A stretch of DNA of 55,822 nucleotides. It comes from Saprolegnia diclina VS20. Lineage: Eukaryota. The stretch covers positions 386,400 to 442,221 of the forward strand of contig NW_008246074.1 of the NCBI RefSeq assembly GCF_000281045.1, read 5' to 3'. A program made the translations under genes and the position numbers. Positions within the stretch are counted from its first letter, which is position 1, and every line of letters begins with the position of its first letter. Below are positions 1 to 12,176 of the stretch, piece by piece. The notes below the pieces were generated by a model. That model did not search any database, was not told the DNA's origin, and saw only the letters and a program-made list of their open reading frames with translations.

Positions 1-265
1 CACGAGTTGCGCAACCCATTGGATGTGGGAAGGGGCATAGAAGCGCTGCTCCTCTTGTTGGCCCGCACAAGTTGTAGCGAGTCGGCGTTGGTCCAGTTTT
101 GTTTCAGGCGGTGGAGGTGGCGGAGGTTGTTGTTGTTGAAGTGGGTCGTCAAACTTCATGGAGGTGGCGGAGGTTGTGGGGCTGGCCGTTCGTCTTGAAC
201 GCGCGCGCGAGCAAGCGCTTGCCCGTCTTGTAGAGGCAGTAGCCGCGAAAGTGGGTTGGCGGTGC
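1..265 (-). pseudogene. Degenerate remnant of an oomycete Cys/His-motif protein family gene (C-x-Y-K-x-G-K-C...RA-x-K-x-NG-x-x-H-x-L-C type)
   Basis: Minus strand reads GYCLYKTGKRLLARAFKTNGQPHNLRHLHEV then a stop. A 19-bp duplication (112-130 and 159-177) restarts NLRHLHRLKQN in another frame, and two expected Cys are Arg. The family match is from memory. Confidence 0.35.
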
Positions 266-884
266 ATTGGACGACCGACGCCCGTGAGGCTGTTGTGCGG
301 GCCACCATGTCCAGAGCAAGGAACACTCGAGCACCACGATCAGTTTTTAACATTCGACTATTCTCTGATCCCGCGTCTGAGCAGGGCCACTCTTTTGCAT
401 CCTCCGGCAAAAGATACATTTTGGTGCTAGCGAAAACGGTAGTCACCGGTGTCCCACTGTACCCTAGCCACTCATCTGAGAACATGGAGAACCCAAATCA
501 CCTGTGCGTTGAATCATCCCGGGTGGAGAGCAGAGCCGCAGCGAATGCAAACCTGCCGACTCGTGGCCGTGCCCAACAAAATGACTAACTCTCTACTTGC
601 ACGGTAGGATAGACATTCTGCGGTGGTGCAAGTATTACAATACACTTTGTGGTTACCTTGTTGAAGCACGATAGAATCCAGTGTATCCAGTGTCATACGA
701 TATCCTCACAAGTATCCGTCATCGGATCGTCGTTGACGTCAAATCGCTCCCTTGTCCTTACGCTGTGTCAAGTATCAGAACGAGCAAAGAAGATCGCCAC
801 TGGAGCTCGAACCGAGCATTTTAACCACCGTATCGGTTTCAAAAGTGTTGTTTTCCGCCTGTCTGGCTCTCTACGTCGAGTCGC

Positions 885-2864
885 ATGGACGACAACGGGC
901 GCATGCTCGTCGCGGTGCGCTTGCGGCCCAAGCTCGCATCCGAAGCCCACGAGCTGGATGCAGTGACCGTGCGCGGCGAGAAGCTGCAGCTGCTGCACGC
1001 GCCGTGGACGCGGCTGCACACGTCGTACCAATTCGACCACGTCTTTCGCGCGTCGGCGTCCAACGCGGACATTTACGCTGTCTTTTTAGCTCCCGTCGTC
1101 GCGTCGGTCGTGGGCGGCAACCACGCGACGATCCTGGCGTATGGACAAACGGGCACGGGCAAGACACACACGATGCTTGGCCGCGACCTCTGGGGGCTCT
1201 GCGCGTCGCCCGAGCACCCACCCTCGGACCTCTCACCGGATGCGTACGCACTCCTTTCTTATAGCAACACCACATCGATGGTACGCTCTATTAGGGGCCT
1301 CATGGGACTCGTGGCCGCCGCGCTCCTTCAGCACGAAGCGTCGCTGCAGTGTACGTATCTCGAACTCTACAACGACAAGGTGTACGACTTGCTCGCCGAT
1401 GGGAGCGTGAGCTTGGAGCTGCGCGAAGACGCGTCGGTTGGTGTCTATGCGCTGGATGCCCGGACGGTCTCCGTCTCGAGTGGCGATGCGCTCGTGGACA
1501 TTCTTTGGCGCGGCGCCGAGACGCGGGCCCACTGCGCCACCAACATGAACGAACGCTCGAGCCGGAGCCACACGCTGCTGCAGCTCACGCTACCGACGTC
1601 CGGGCAGCGCGTCAACCTCGTCGACTTGGCGGGCTCAGAAAAGTGCAAATACATGGCAGGGGACGGCCAGCACGTCAAGGTACACGCATGATTGCCCTAT
1701 TGTGTGTAGCAACAGTTGGTGTAGGAGCTCAAATTCATCAACCAGAGCTTGTCGAATTTAGGACAGTGCATCACGGCGCTGCTCAAGCGCGGCAAGAAGC
1801 ACGTTCCGTACCGCAACTGCAAACTCACACGATTACTACAGCACTCGTTGGGTACATAGCTTTCTCTGCAACCTTGATAACCGCTCATGCACCTCAGAGG
1901 GCAAGGCGCTCTGTGCCTTCATCGTAACACTGAATCCGTGTGCCAGCAACACAATGGAGACGCTCTCGACCCTGCAGTTTGCAGCACGGGCGATGAAGGT
2001 CAAGGTCGTGAGCCGTGACGCCCGACTCGCCAGCGGTACTAGTACGGGGCGCTGACTTCGCCGCATGTGACTTATTTTGTCTAGTCGAGACCAAGGAAAT
2101 TGCAGCATCGACTGTGGTAAAACCTGCGCCGTACGACACAAAGACGTAACCTTGCCCAACTAGTTGCTATCGCAAGTGCAAGCGCTCCAGCTCGAGAACC
2201 AACAACTGCGCGCAGCGCTTGCCCACGTGCGCCAATTCAGCATGTGTTATCACTCATTGGGTATGTAGGAGCGGTCCCAAAAGAGCAAGCTCCTCGCGGG
2301 GTTCACGTCGTTGCTACAAGACACAGCGTCGGTCGAGCGCGTCGACTCGAGCACGCAGGTATAGCGTCTACCGTACATGGGTGTCATGCCTACGACGCGG
2401 CAGATCCACCGCGAGTCGTTTTGCGTGGGTGACGAGGCCAGCGACAACAACATGTCGGACGACGCCGCCACCATTGTCGCGCAAACACGTACACCGCATT
2501 CAAGGAATGGACAAGTTGTCTGATATGGCGTAGACGCCTCGGATGCGTTCATTTTGGACAAGTTGTCGTTGCTCGAGCAGACCGTGCAGCGCCAACTACA
2601 GGACATTCAACGCACCAAGGAGCGCCTCGTCCCACGCACTACCACGGTAGTTGCTTGCCTTTGTGGAATCGATACAAAACCAGTTTCCAGATCCCGGACC
2701 AGATCCAGTCGCCAGACAACAACAACCAAAACGACGCGACCAATCAGTGGGAAGCATACGTCGATGTTCGCACGGGTTTCAAGTACTACCACAATCCCTC
2801 GACGGGCCAGACCCAGTGGAAGAAGCCATCGGCAGCCGGCGACGATAGAAGAGCAGATACCTAG
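885..2864 (+). CDS. Kinesin-like motor protein with C-terminal WW domain (multi-exon)
   Basis: VAVRLRP, P-loop GQTGTGKT, switch I NERSSRSH, switch [32 protein letters not shown]. Introns include 1680-1724 and 2647-2690. Last exon encodes [27 protein letters not shown]. Confidence 0.88.
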
Positions 2865-4559
2865 TTTAATACGATGCGTCAAACCCTAACCCATTGTGCC
2901 ATACGTACGCTTGGCTTGCCAGCACGTCGCCCTCGGATGCAGCAGTGACACTCGCGTCGTCACATGCAAACCACGTTTCCGAGCAGACAAAACTGGTGTA
3001 GTGCCCGCCGTGGACAGAAGTGCCGTGATGAGTAACGACCGCCACGAGGTCGTACACCGTCGGTCTTTACGACATCAGCAACTAGACATCGAGATCGGAC
3101 GTACGTGGGCGTGGACGACGGCGCAACGAACGGGCCCATGTTCAAACCACAGAGCGGAAAGGTGACGGGCGTCGTGATTTTGCGCTGGGCCGCAAAGCGC
3201 TACGCTACATAATGTGGATGGGCGGAATCGAGTCTGCATCAAGCACCTTGAAGTGGATGACGAGCACCAGAGGCAGCTTCTGGAACGAGAGCGTTTTGGT
3301 GCAGTGGCGCGACGTACCGCAGGCGCCGCAGTCGACAACAACGGGCTCTGGTCGGACATACCGCGCGAACAAGGCCTCAAGCGAAGACAAACCCAGCGCG
3401 ATCGACACGTCCGTCATGGGCTCGCGCGCCGTCGATTGGTGGCTGCAGATGTTGCAGACCACGTCCGACCGCAAAACGCCTTCCAACGCCGCGTGCACCG
3501 TCGAGAAGCACGATGATGGGGTTCGACTCGGATCTACGCGCGAGAATGGCATGCTTGAACGCAGTACTAGATCTGAATCCACTGGGTATACCAGATATGT
3601 GCAGTCCGTCGAGAAGACTGAGAAGGAATTCGTGGGCGTCGTGCTGTTTGCAGCCGGCCAAGCGTGGCGCATGCTGCCACACTGCGTACAGCAGGGCGGA
3701 CGGCGCGAGCGGGCTTGCCTCATCCGCACGCATCTGGTACCTCGTTTCAAGCGCGTTCAAGCAGGTCATATATATGGACCTCGGTTACGACGTCGTGGAA
3801 GCGACAAGGCAGGCAGAGGTCGTCGCGACAGCGAGGAGCGCGTCCAAGCTGGAGACGTGGGAGATGGCACATCGCTTGGAGGATGACGTTCATGTAGCAC
3901 GTGTGACCCATATTAACCATGCCCCGCGCTACACAAGAAGCATGAATGCGCGTTGGTCCATCGAGCATGCCAAATGGATCGTACGGAGGCGGTCCGTGGC
4001 AGCCTCGCGCTCTCCTCACGTCATGAGGTGTGATGTCTCGTCAATGGCATGCGCTTACCTCGGCGTCGTTTGTGCTTCTGCCGCGCTACACACGCGATGC
4101 TAAAGATGCCGACGGCTACAAGGCGTGCTACGTACATGTGGGCTGGTCATCGTACACGACATCGACGCATTCGAAGCAGAAGAGCACTTGAGCGTCGATG
4201 AGCCAGCCTGCGCAGCATTGGCCCACCGTTCAGCTCGCACGTCAACGCACCAATGGGGTGCTGGTGCAGAAACGCGTGCTGGCTAAACGATGCGGCGTGC
4301 ATCGCGCCAAGCGGCCCGACAAAGTCGCAGCCGTCGGCGAGGCAGACGCTGGTTTCGTCGATGAGGCGCCACGTGGCTTGAGGCGACGCCTACTATGGCT
4401 TGAGACCGAGCCTGCGCAGAGGCCATGACGCACGGCGTAGAGGTTCAAGCGGGCGCTGCCACGTAGGCCGCAGCGGCGAGAGCTGGCCTCGCTCGCCCAC
4501 CGCGCGACGTGCTTGCACATTCCGGATAGCAATGCCCACCGCGCGACGTGCTTGCACAT
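2779..4559 (-). CDS. Ubiquitin-specific protease with N-terminal ZnF-UBP-like domain (USP22/USP3-like, multi-exon)
   Basis: Cys box GMVNMGHTCYMNVILQ, QHDAHEFL, His box YDLVAVVTHHG...GGHYTSF...WFACDD, and QA|YLLFY across intron 2861-2908. Zn-finger pieces VCLADGC and FCFECVDVVYD. Start uncertain (4559, 4520 or further downstream). Confidence 0.88.
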
Positions 4560-4580
4560 TCCGGATAGCAATGCCCACCG
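4495..4580. repeat. Perfect 39-bp tandem duplication (2.2 copies)
   Basis: GCCCACCGCGCGACGTGCTTGCACATTCCGGATAGCAAT at 4495-4533 and 4534-4572, followed by GCCCACCG. Confidence 0.95.
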
Positions 4581-5474
4581 TTTTAAATCCGGATACGGAT
4601 TCGTTCAACCAATGGTGAATGTCCGTGAGGTGGAGAAACTCTCTGGATCTGGATTGGGTCGTGGCTAGGTGTCATCTCAAAACGTACGTGGGGAAAACAA
4701 ATTTGATTGTCGCATTTCTGAACACAGCTATTATTGGCGAATTGCGTCGATACGAGTAGGTGTGGGAAAATTCTTCCATAAGAAGTTCTTTCCCAAATGA
4801 TGACATTTTCAACAGCTGTTGCTGAGACGGTGGGATATCTACCTTGTTACAACACCTAACCGAAAACGAACTGATCCACACCTCCTTTATATATTTGCAC
4901 GCTCGTCGGTTTCGAGGATTTCTCACTCGACCGCATCAAGGTGCTTGTGGTTTTCATAATTTTGAAAACCACAACCCCCCCTCGCATCGTGCAAGAGCCG
5001 TCGACAGGCATCGCAGTCCGGCGCTACGTGTATGCCCATACGAAGTGCTGCCAATGGTGAGGTACAATTGCTTCGGTGACGCAAAAGAGATCGGGGCATG
5101 CCTGTGTGAACGAGTCAGCACGATGAATAACCGGTGGGACGGCTCTTGAGGGGTGTGTTGACGATCTTGGCTGCTCGCACGATGGCGATCACGACGTACC
5201 TGCCCGATACGACTACCGGTCCTACGTCATTGAGGGCAGGGAATGAAGCAATGACGTATCGTACTCGCCACAGATTTGGCTCTCTTCGAGCATCTCCAAA
5301 GTCAACGGGTCGGGCGGTTGATAGCAAAGCCCCACCTTGCCCTTTGCCCACAATGCATGCACGCAACGAGGTAAGATACAGCAGACTCGCTCGACCGGTT
5401 GCTATGCCACTGGGGATAACCGCTACGTCGTGCGGTCGTGACAGTATTTTTGATTTCGAAACCAACCACGCGGC

Positions 5475-7651
5475 ATGGCCGACCCAATGGGCTACGTCGT
5501 GACGGCGGTCACGAGCCAGTCGATCACATACCTCTTTGCCCACACGGACCTTCTCGAAGAGTTTCGCATGGCGCTCGTGCCCGGCGCGCTCTCCGACACG
5601 TCTGCGGCCACGCTCCGGGCCTTCTTTGCACGCGACGCGTCGGGTACTCTGCTAGCATAGCAAGGTCGTTGTGAACTTTCTTTGGCTAGTGGCGGAGCTC
5701 ATCACGCTTCTCTTTCTCGAGCCGCCACTCCCGTCCCATCGCAGTGGCACGCCCAGCTACGTCGAATGCGCAAACTTGTACTACGTCCAGTACCTCATGA
5801 CGACGCCGCCGTTTTCACCGGGCATCGTCGAGAGCTTCTTGGCGCCAGACGAGCACCGCGTCGGGCGCGCTACGCTACTGCGTCACCTGTTAGCGTACAC
5901 GCCCATGAGCGCAATGAACGCAGAAGCACTGAGCCGCGTGCTCACGGCGCTCTTTGCGAAAGCCACGATTCCAACGTTCTTTGCCCTCTACGGCACGGAC
6001 GCGCCGGCCTTGTTTGAAGGTACCCCTTTGTTCAGATACTAGCAGCAAAATGGGTGGTAGGGCTGCTCTTCCAGGCCGGGCGCGAGTGCATCAAGGAGCT
6101 CGTGCTGCGCATTTGCGACGAGCTGCAGCCGACGCCGTTGATTGCGTGGGCGCCGACGCCGTACCGGCTCCTGCACCAAATTTTTCCATTTTCAACGACG
6201 CTGCCGAAACGTGGGCAGCTCCCAATGCACGTTAGCACCGACGCCGACTATCGGTTTCCGCTCATGCTGTACACGTGTGATTTCATCACGGACCTCATCC
6301 AGGAGCAGCGACCACACTCGGTTGGGCTCTTGATCATTGAGACCTTTATGACCGAAAGCGACTGCGCGATGGCGCTTGTGGATGGCGTCCTTGACGACTT
6401 GCGCACGCTCCCGACGCGCCTGGCGTGCGAGTCGTACGGCATGAAGATACTCAACTCGCTCCTGCAGGCGCACCACTGCGGCTGCATCGCCCAGCACCAG
6501 AGCTTTGACGGCGACCGCTACGAGACGTGCCAAGGCTCGTTGAATGCGATTTGGGACGTGGTCGCAGCGCGCCTTCCCGAGATCTTGGCCTATTTGCGCC
6601 TGCCGGCGCCGCGCACGTTTACGCTCAAGCACGTGCAGGTTGGAATATGACGTGGCAGCACGAGACGCGAGATGATCCATTTGTAGATTTTGTATTTGCT
6701 GTACCCCATCATTCGCGTCGGGTGCATCCAGCTCGACGTCGCCCTCATGGCCTTTGACGTTGTCAATGTGCTCTTGGATCTGATCGCGCGCTTTCCGCGG
6801 GCCAACATTCTACACAGCGCGATCTGCCGGCTCTTTATCACGTGCCTCGAAGACGCGCCGATCCTGTTTGGCGAAGAGCTCCAGTCGCCGCGCACAGCGT
6901 CCGACCCGCTGCGGCTCTCGGCGCTGCTCGCGACCGACCGCGTCATTGCCGGGTGTGACGACAAGTGGGTGACATGCTACAAGGACATTGCCATGTCCTA
7001 CGATGAGTTTTTCGCGCAAAAACCGGTCGTTTCCGACGAAATTGCGTCGCACTGGGCGGCCTTTGCGAGTACGCACCTCGAGGCCATTCGGCAGCGCTGG
7101 TCCAATGCGCCTCTCGAAGTCTCGGCGGTCCGAAAACGTACGTTGCTCTTTGCATTTTTGTTTGATTTTTCGAGAATTTCGATGATTTTCGATGATTTTT
7201 TATCCATTTTGATTTCACCTCTTTCTTTGTAGACAAGGCGAGCAAACTCATCGAACACGGCGACGTCGATGCGCTCTTGACACTGACGCAAAAAGCTCCG
7301 ACATTTTCTGACATTGGAGCTCCGGCACAGGCGGCGGAGCACGCAACCAGTGCGTCATCGTCATTTTCGCCCATGAACACAGAGGCCGCCTTGCGCCTTG
7401 CACTGGCAGGCGCGTCCGAGAAGGTGAGTCCGCGCGTGGCGCCGCTGCCGTCCTTGCATCTCGCGCTCTCGGAGCTGCACGCGACTGCCAGCGAGCACGG
7501 TCGGCACCGCGAGCTCATCGACCACGCGAGTCCGTCGTGCAAGCACCACAACAGTCTCTCCGAGACACCGCCATCGTCCCCCACAAAGGACACGCCACTG
7601 CATGCCCTCTACAACCCTGAAGAGCATGCGATCATCCAAGGGTTAGGGTAA
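5475..7651 (+). CDS. SIT4 phosphatase-associated (SAPS / PP6 regulatory subunit)-like helical repeat protein (multi-exon)
   Basis: Consecutive ORFs join through GT-AG introns (e.g. 5644-5689, 7138-7232). LLDLIARFPRANILH resembles the SAPS LDLFF-x-Y-x-WNNFLH motif. Low-complexity Ser/Pro C-terminal tail. Confidence 0.55.
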
Positions 7652-7675
7652 TCTCGGAATCGTTGGACTAGAAAG

Positions 7676-9412
7676 TTAGGCACTGGTCTTGGTCTCTTCC
7701 TCGAGTTCGTTTTCGTCGTCGGCCGGTGCATCCTGCTCGAGCACTTGGATCAAGAACGACACGAGCGCGTGGAGCCGGTCTTGCTGCGCCGCGTGGTGGG
7801 CGTCGTCGATCATCTCGGCCTGCGCTGCCAGCACTTTCGCAATTGTCGCCAGCGAGAGACCATGCACATGGAGCTTTTGCTTGACGTACGGAAGCAGCGA
7901 CTTGGCAAACACTTGGCAGAGGTGGCTCGTCACAAAGCACGCTTGCTGGAGCGTAAAGAGCCCATTGTCGAGCTGGTGCAGCCGGTACGCTTCCATGACC
8001 GTCTCGTACGCCTCGTCGTCCATGTCGTCTCGCCGGACCGGCTCTTCAAACTGGCGGTGCATCGCGCGGTGGTACTGCAAGACAAAATCCACAAGCCGGT
8101 CGGTTTTCTCAAAGTTGGTTTCGAGAAACTTGGCCTGGAACCGGTCGCGGACCTCGTATTTCGAGTCAATCGGCAGCCAGAGACTCAGCGATGCAAAGAG
8201 CGAGAGCACGTGCTCGTCGTTGGTCGCATGCGTGTCCTTCTTACGACGGAGCTTGCCCATGAAGAGCGGGCAGAGCTGCTTGAGCCCGCCGAGTTCGATG
8301 AGCCGTTCGCAGTTGCGCGCGTGGTTCATCGTCGCGTGGTCCAAGACGCGCAATGCCGGGCCCTTGCAGAAGAGGTTTGCTTTGAGAAAGCGCAGCATGA
8401 GCTCAAAGCCTTGGAGCGACCGGAACCGGTCCTGCACCGACGAAAGACGCAGCGCACTGCAGAGCACGTTAAAGAGGTTGTGCACAAGCTCTTCCTCTTC
8501 GTCCGAGCTCGGGTCCGTCTTGCGGTACGAGGCGAGGCATTGGAGCAGTTGGTCGAGACGGTCGTCGTCCAGCGCGCGGCGCCCGAGGACTTCGGCGGCG
8601 TCGTCGGACGCCTGCACGAGGATCGAGAGAATCTCGGAGCAGTACAGTCGGTTCTCGGTCATTTCTGGCGACGCGCACGCCCGCAAGAGCACGTCAAGCA
8701 CGTTCGTCGACGTGCTCAAGATGCCGCAGCTTTCCGGCACGAGCTCGGACAAGTTTTCCATGATCTGCAGAATGTTGTAGATGGCTGCACGCTTCTCGTC
8801 GTCGCTGTTGGCATGCGCGTCGAGAAGGAGCTCGTCGAGGTTGTGGCAGAGCAGCTCGAGGCCCTTGTGGCCCATGATGGCTTCGATGAGCGACTCGACC
8901 TCGCCGACGCGCTCAACGTCCGTCATGTCGGCGAGGACGGCCACCACGTCCATGCGGATGTCCATGTTGGCATGGGACAACAGCTGCACAAACATCGGGA
9001 TCGCGTTGTGCTCGATGAGCACGGCAAAGAGCTCTGGGTCCGTCGCCACGTTCTTGAGGCGGCCAATGTCTTCGTGCAAGGCGAGCTCCGAGTCCTACGG
9101 CGATGAGCGTATGCCGCAAGGTGGGTGGTGTACCATGAACTTGGTCGGGTCGTCTTGGTGCTTGGCGCGCATGAGCTCGTTCTTCTGCAGCTTCTTCTCG
9201 AGCGACTGCACCATTTGCTTGACCGTGCGCGCGTTGAGGACAAACTCGGCGCTGTCTGGCGCATCGACGTCGGGCAGCGCCGCCGCCGCCGCCGCCGCCG
9301 GCGCTGGCGCACGAGCCTGCTTCTTGGCCGGGCGGTCGTCGGCTGCTGGCCGAGCACGACGCGGCTTGGCATCGTCCACGTGGCTAAAGACCTTGTCAAA
9401 GTGGGCTTCCAT
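7676..9412 (-). CDS. CTNNBL1: Beta-catenin-like protein 1 (spliceosomal armadillo protein)
   Basis: LEKKLQKNELMRAKHQDDPTKFM|DSELALHE, LLSHANMDI, NRLYCSEILSIL, EEEELVHNLFNVLCS, KFLETNFEKTDRL, LDNGLFTLQ. One intron near 9095-9133. Confidence 0.93.
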
Positions 9413-10071
9413 GGCGGCTGGGCGTCGGGCTGAGCGCGTCGAGCGTGTGGTAAAATACACTATTTACAAGCCCTCGAAATCGTGTGCTCCCAGTTTTTCA
9501 TATAGTGTAATATAACACGAAATCCGAAACTATGACACACGCCAAATGGTGTTGGATGCAACTGCTGCGACAAGCCAATACGATCCAGCGGGCTGTCGCG
9601 ACAATAGACAATATTGGAGGGCGGTGTTGCCTTCTGCCGCCAATATGAATATAATGCAGTCCAACGAGGAGGAGGCAGCATCCGTCCGTACCCAGTGTAT
9701 GATCGAAAGGGTTCGATGCATCTCCGCCGGCACCGCGCATTGCCATGACGCGGTGTGGCGCCAATATAAACCGGCGATAGCAATATAAACCTGCGATGAC
9801 GCTTCGGCGTAGATGACTATAGGGGCGAGTGCGCGCTGGCACCTCGGAAGGTGTATGTACTTCTATTGGGTATCACTGTGATGGCAATACGGCGAGGTTG
9901 GTCGTGTAGCGCCGGGGTGCAGCGTTGGTGCAGCGTTGGTCCACTAGTTTTGGCCCCGCGATTACTCGAGGTCGCATTTCGCCCTCCTGCCGCGACTATA
10001 AAATATTGAGCGTTACCAGCTGGCGACAGCGCGCTGCGTTTCAAGTCCACATTATATTACAGCCAATATTT

Positions 10072-10171
10072 TGCTGGTCTGGCTCTCCCATCGCACCTGA
10101 TTGGCCTATTCCGTGCGCAGGAGTCGATTCAACCAATCAGCGGGTCGAAATGACCTTGAATTTGACCAATC
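10072..10171. promoter_or_regulatory. Cluster of CCAAT boxes upstream of the kinase gene
   Basis: GCCAAT, CTGATTGG, ACCAATCAG and ACCAATC within 100 bp, 120-220 bp before ATG 10293. Matches the oomycete CCAAT element. Confidence 0.55.
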
Positions 10172-10292
10172 GTATGGAGAAGCTGCTCTTCAAGCTTTAG
10201 CCGCGGGGTCCATCTGGCCACGCAGCGCAGAATAAGAACGCGCTCGTCGGCCCGTCGACAAGCTCAGGACCCTTGGACAGCGGACGACAAGG

Positions 10293-11564
10293 ATGGGGTG
10301 CTGGCTATCGCGGTGCTTGCCGGACGGAACCATGACGGCAAACCTCGAGGAAGAGCTCTACGAAGACGTCGGCGTCCGTGAGACGCAGGCGCCGGCCGTC
10401 GTCTTTGGCCATGCGTCGCTGCTTACGGTTCGCCGCTAACGATGCAAGCGCGTCGCCTCACTCTGCACGTAGGCGGACGAAGTGAGCTGCGGTCCGGCCA
10501 TCGGCAAGGGCGAGTCTGGCGTCGTATATAAAGCCTCGTACCGCGGCAGCACGGTCGTCGTCAAGCGGCTTGCGATGCCGCCGCCCAACGCGGCCAAGCC
10601 ATCAAGCCGTGAGACCATCTCGGCCGCGCTCGAGATGGAGGCGTCACGCATGAGCAGCCTGCGCCACCCGAACACCGTCCTCTTTATGGGCGCGTACCTC
10701 AACAAGAACCAATTTTGCATTGTGAGGTACGTGGCTGCTCCTTGCAAGCTCGATGACGATGCCATTGCTATGTAGCGAGTATTGCACGCGCGGGTCGCTC
10801 TTTGACGTGCTGCATGAGAAGCGGAACTCGCACGGCAGCGGCCGCAACGGCTCGGACCCGCTGCACGTCGCTGCGTTGCCATGGAGTCTGCGCTGCCGCC
10901 TCGCACTGGGCGCCGCCCGCGGGCTCTTGTACCTTCATTCGGCCGACCCGCCGCTCGTCCACGGGCAGCTCAAGAGCTCCAACATCCTCATTGACGACTC
11001 GTGGAACGCCAAGCTGGCGGTACGCGCTTGTCTTGTCGAGTGCCGGCCACTCCATGGCGACCTAGGACTTTGGCACGCGGCGCGTCGCCCAAGCCGTCTC
11101 GGCGCACACCAAGCACGGGAACCGATCGATCATGCCCCGCTGGACAGCACCAGAACTGCTCAAGCACGGCGAAGACTACGTGTGGCACGGCCCCAAGCCG
11201 CAGGCCGTCGACATTTACTCGTTTGGGTACCCGAAAAATTCCTGTTTTTTCAAAATTGCTAATTTTTTACACTAGGATCATCATGTGGGAGCTCGCAATG
11301 TTTGAGCTGCCGTTTGACGACTGCACCAACTTTCGCGAAGTCCGCACGAACGTGCTCTCGGGGCAGCGGCCAAGCGTCAAGCCTGGTGCGTGCCCCATGA
11401 AGTGGGCCGAGCTCATGACCAAGTGCTGGACGCACAACGCGTCGCGTCGACCGTCCGCCGCCGAGATCGTCTCGGTCCTCGAAGACCTCTCGCGCTCCGA
11501 GCTGGTCGAGAAGAAACACTCGTCGCAGAGCAAGGCCAACAGTAGACGAGCTAGAAATGTATAA
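10293..11564 (+). CDS. TKL-family protein kinase-like protein (probable pseudokinase), N-terminal MGC acylation motif (multi-exon)
   Basis: IGKGESGVVYKA, VVVK, LRHPNTVLFMGA, HGQLKSSN in place of HRDLKSxN, DFG, WTAPE, DIYSFGIIMWEL, CW...RRPS. Confidence 0.88.
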
Positions 11565-12176
11565 TCATTTATTATCCTTGAGGTTGCGTCGGCGTGTTTG
11601 TGTTACGCGTTGCCCAAGATACCCAGGAAAAGCCAACGAGCCAAAGTTCAATCCACAAAATTTGTGGATTGATTGTCGCTATATGCACGAGCAAGGAGCT
11701 CCCACCTACTTTTGCACACGGTCAGAGCGTCCCTTTTGCGTCGGTTTTAGCAAATTCTGGGCATTTCAACGCCGACCTCGACACCTTCTGCAACCCGTTG
11801 TATCCTGGGCAGCGATGTCGTAGGATAATCTATCTACCCCTCCCTTCTATATTGCGACGCCGTTGGTCGAGCTCCGTGTCGTACTTGATCGACCACCCTT
11901 TCCTGGACTTCGTGCCACGATTTCCGAGCGGTCAAATTTATTGCCGAGGGCAGGTTGAACTATGGGACCACCCGGTGCGCTTTCGCAAGCCGCACGCCAG
12001 ACCCGTGGTGCTAGATGCGTCCTCCAGATCGGCTGCAGTTGCATGAGCAACTGTTGTCCACAGGGAAAATGGCGTCCTGGCTTTTGCCATCAACTTGATC
12101 CAAAGTATCCACGCCAAGGACTGGAGACCACCCTCGTGGACGATATTACAACCATGCGCGAAGACATCTCTTTGTG

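Noticed and set aside
7689..9515. Long plus-strand ORFs of 244-453 aa
   Set aside because: Antisense shadows of CTNNBL1.
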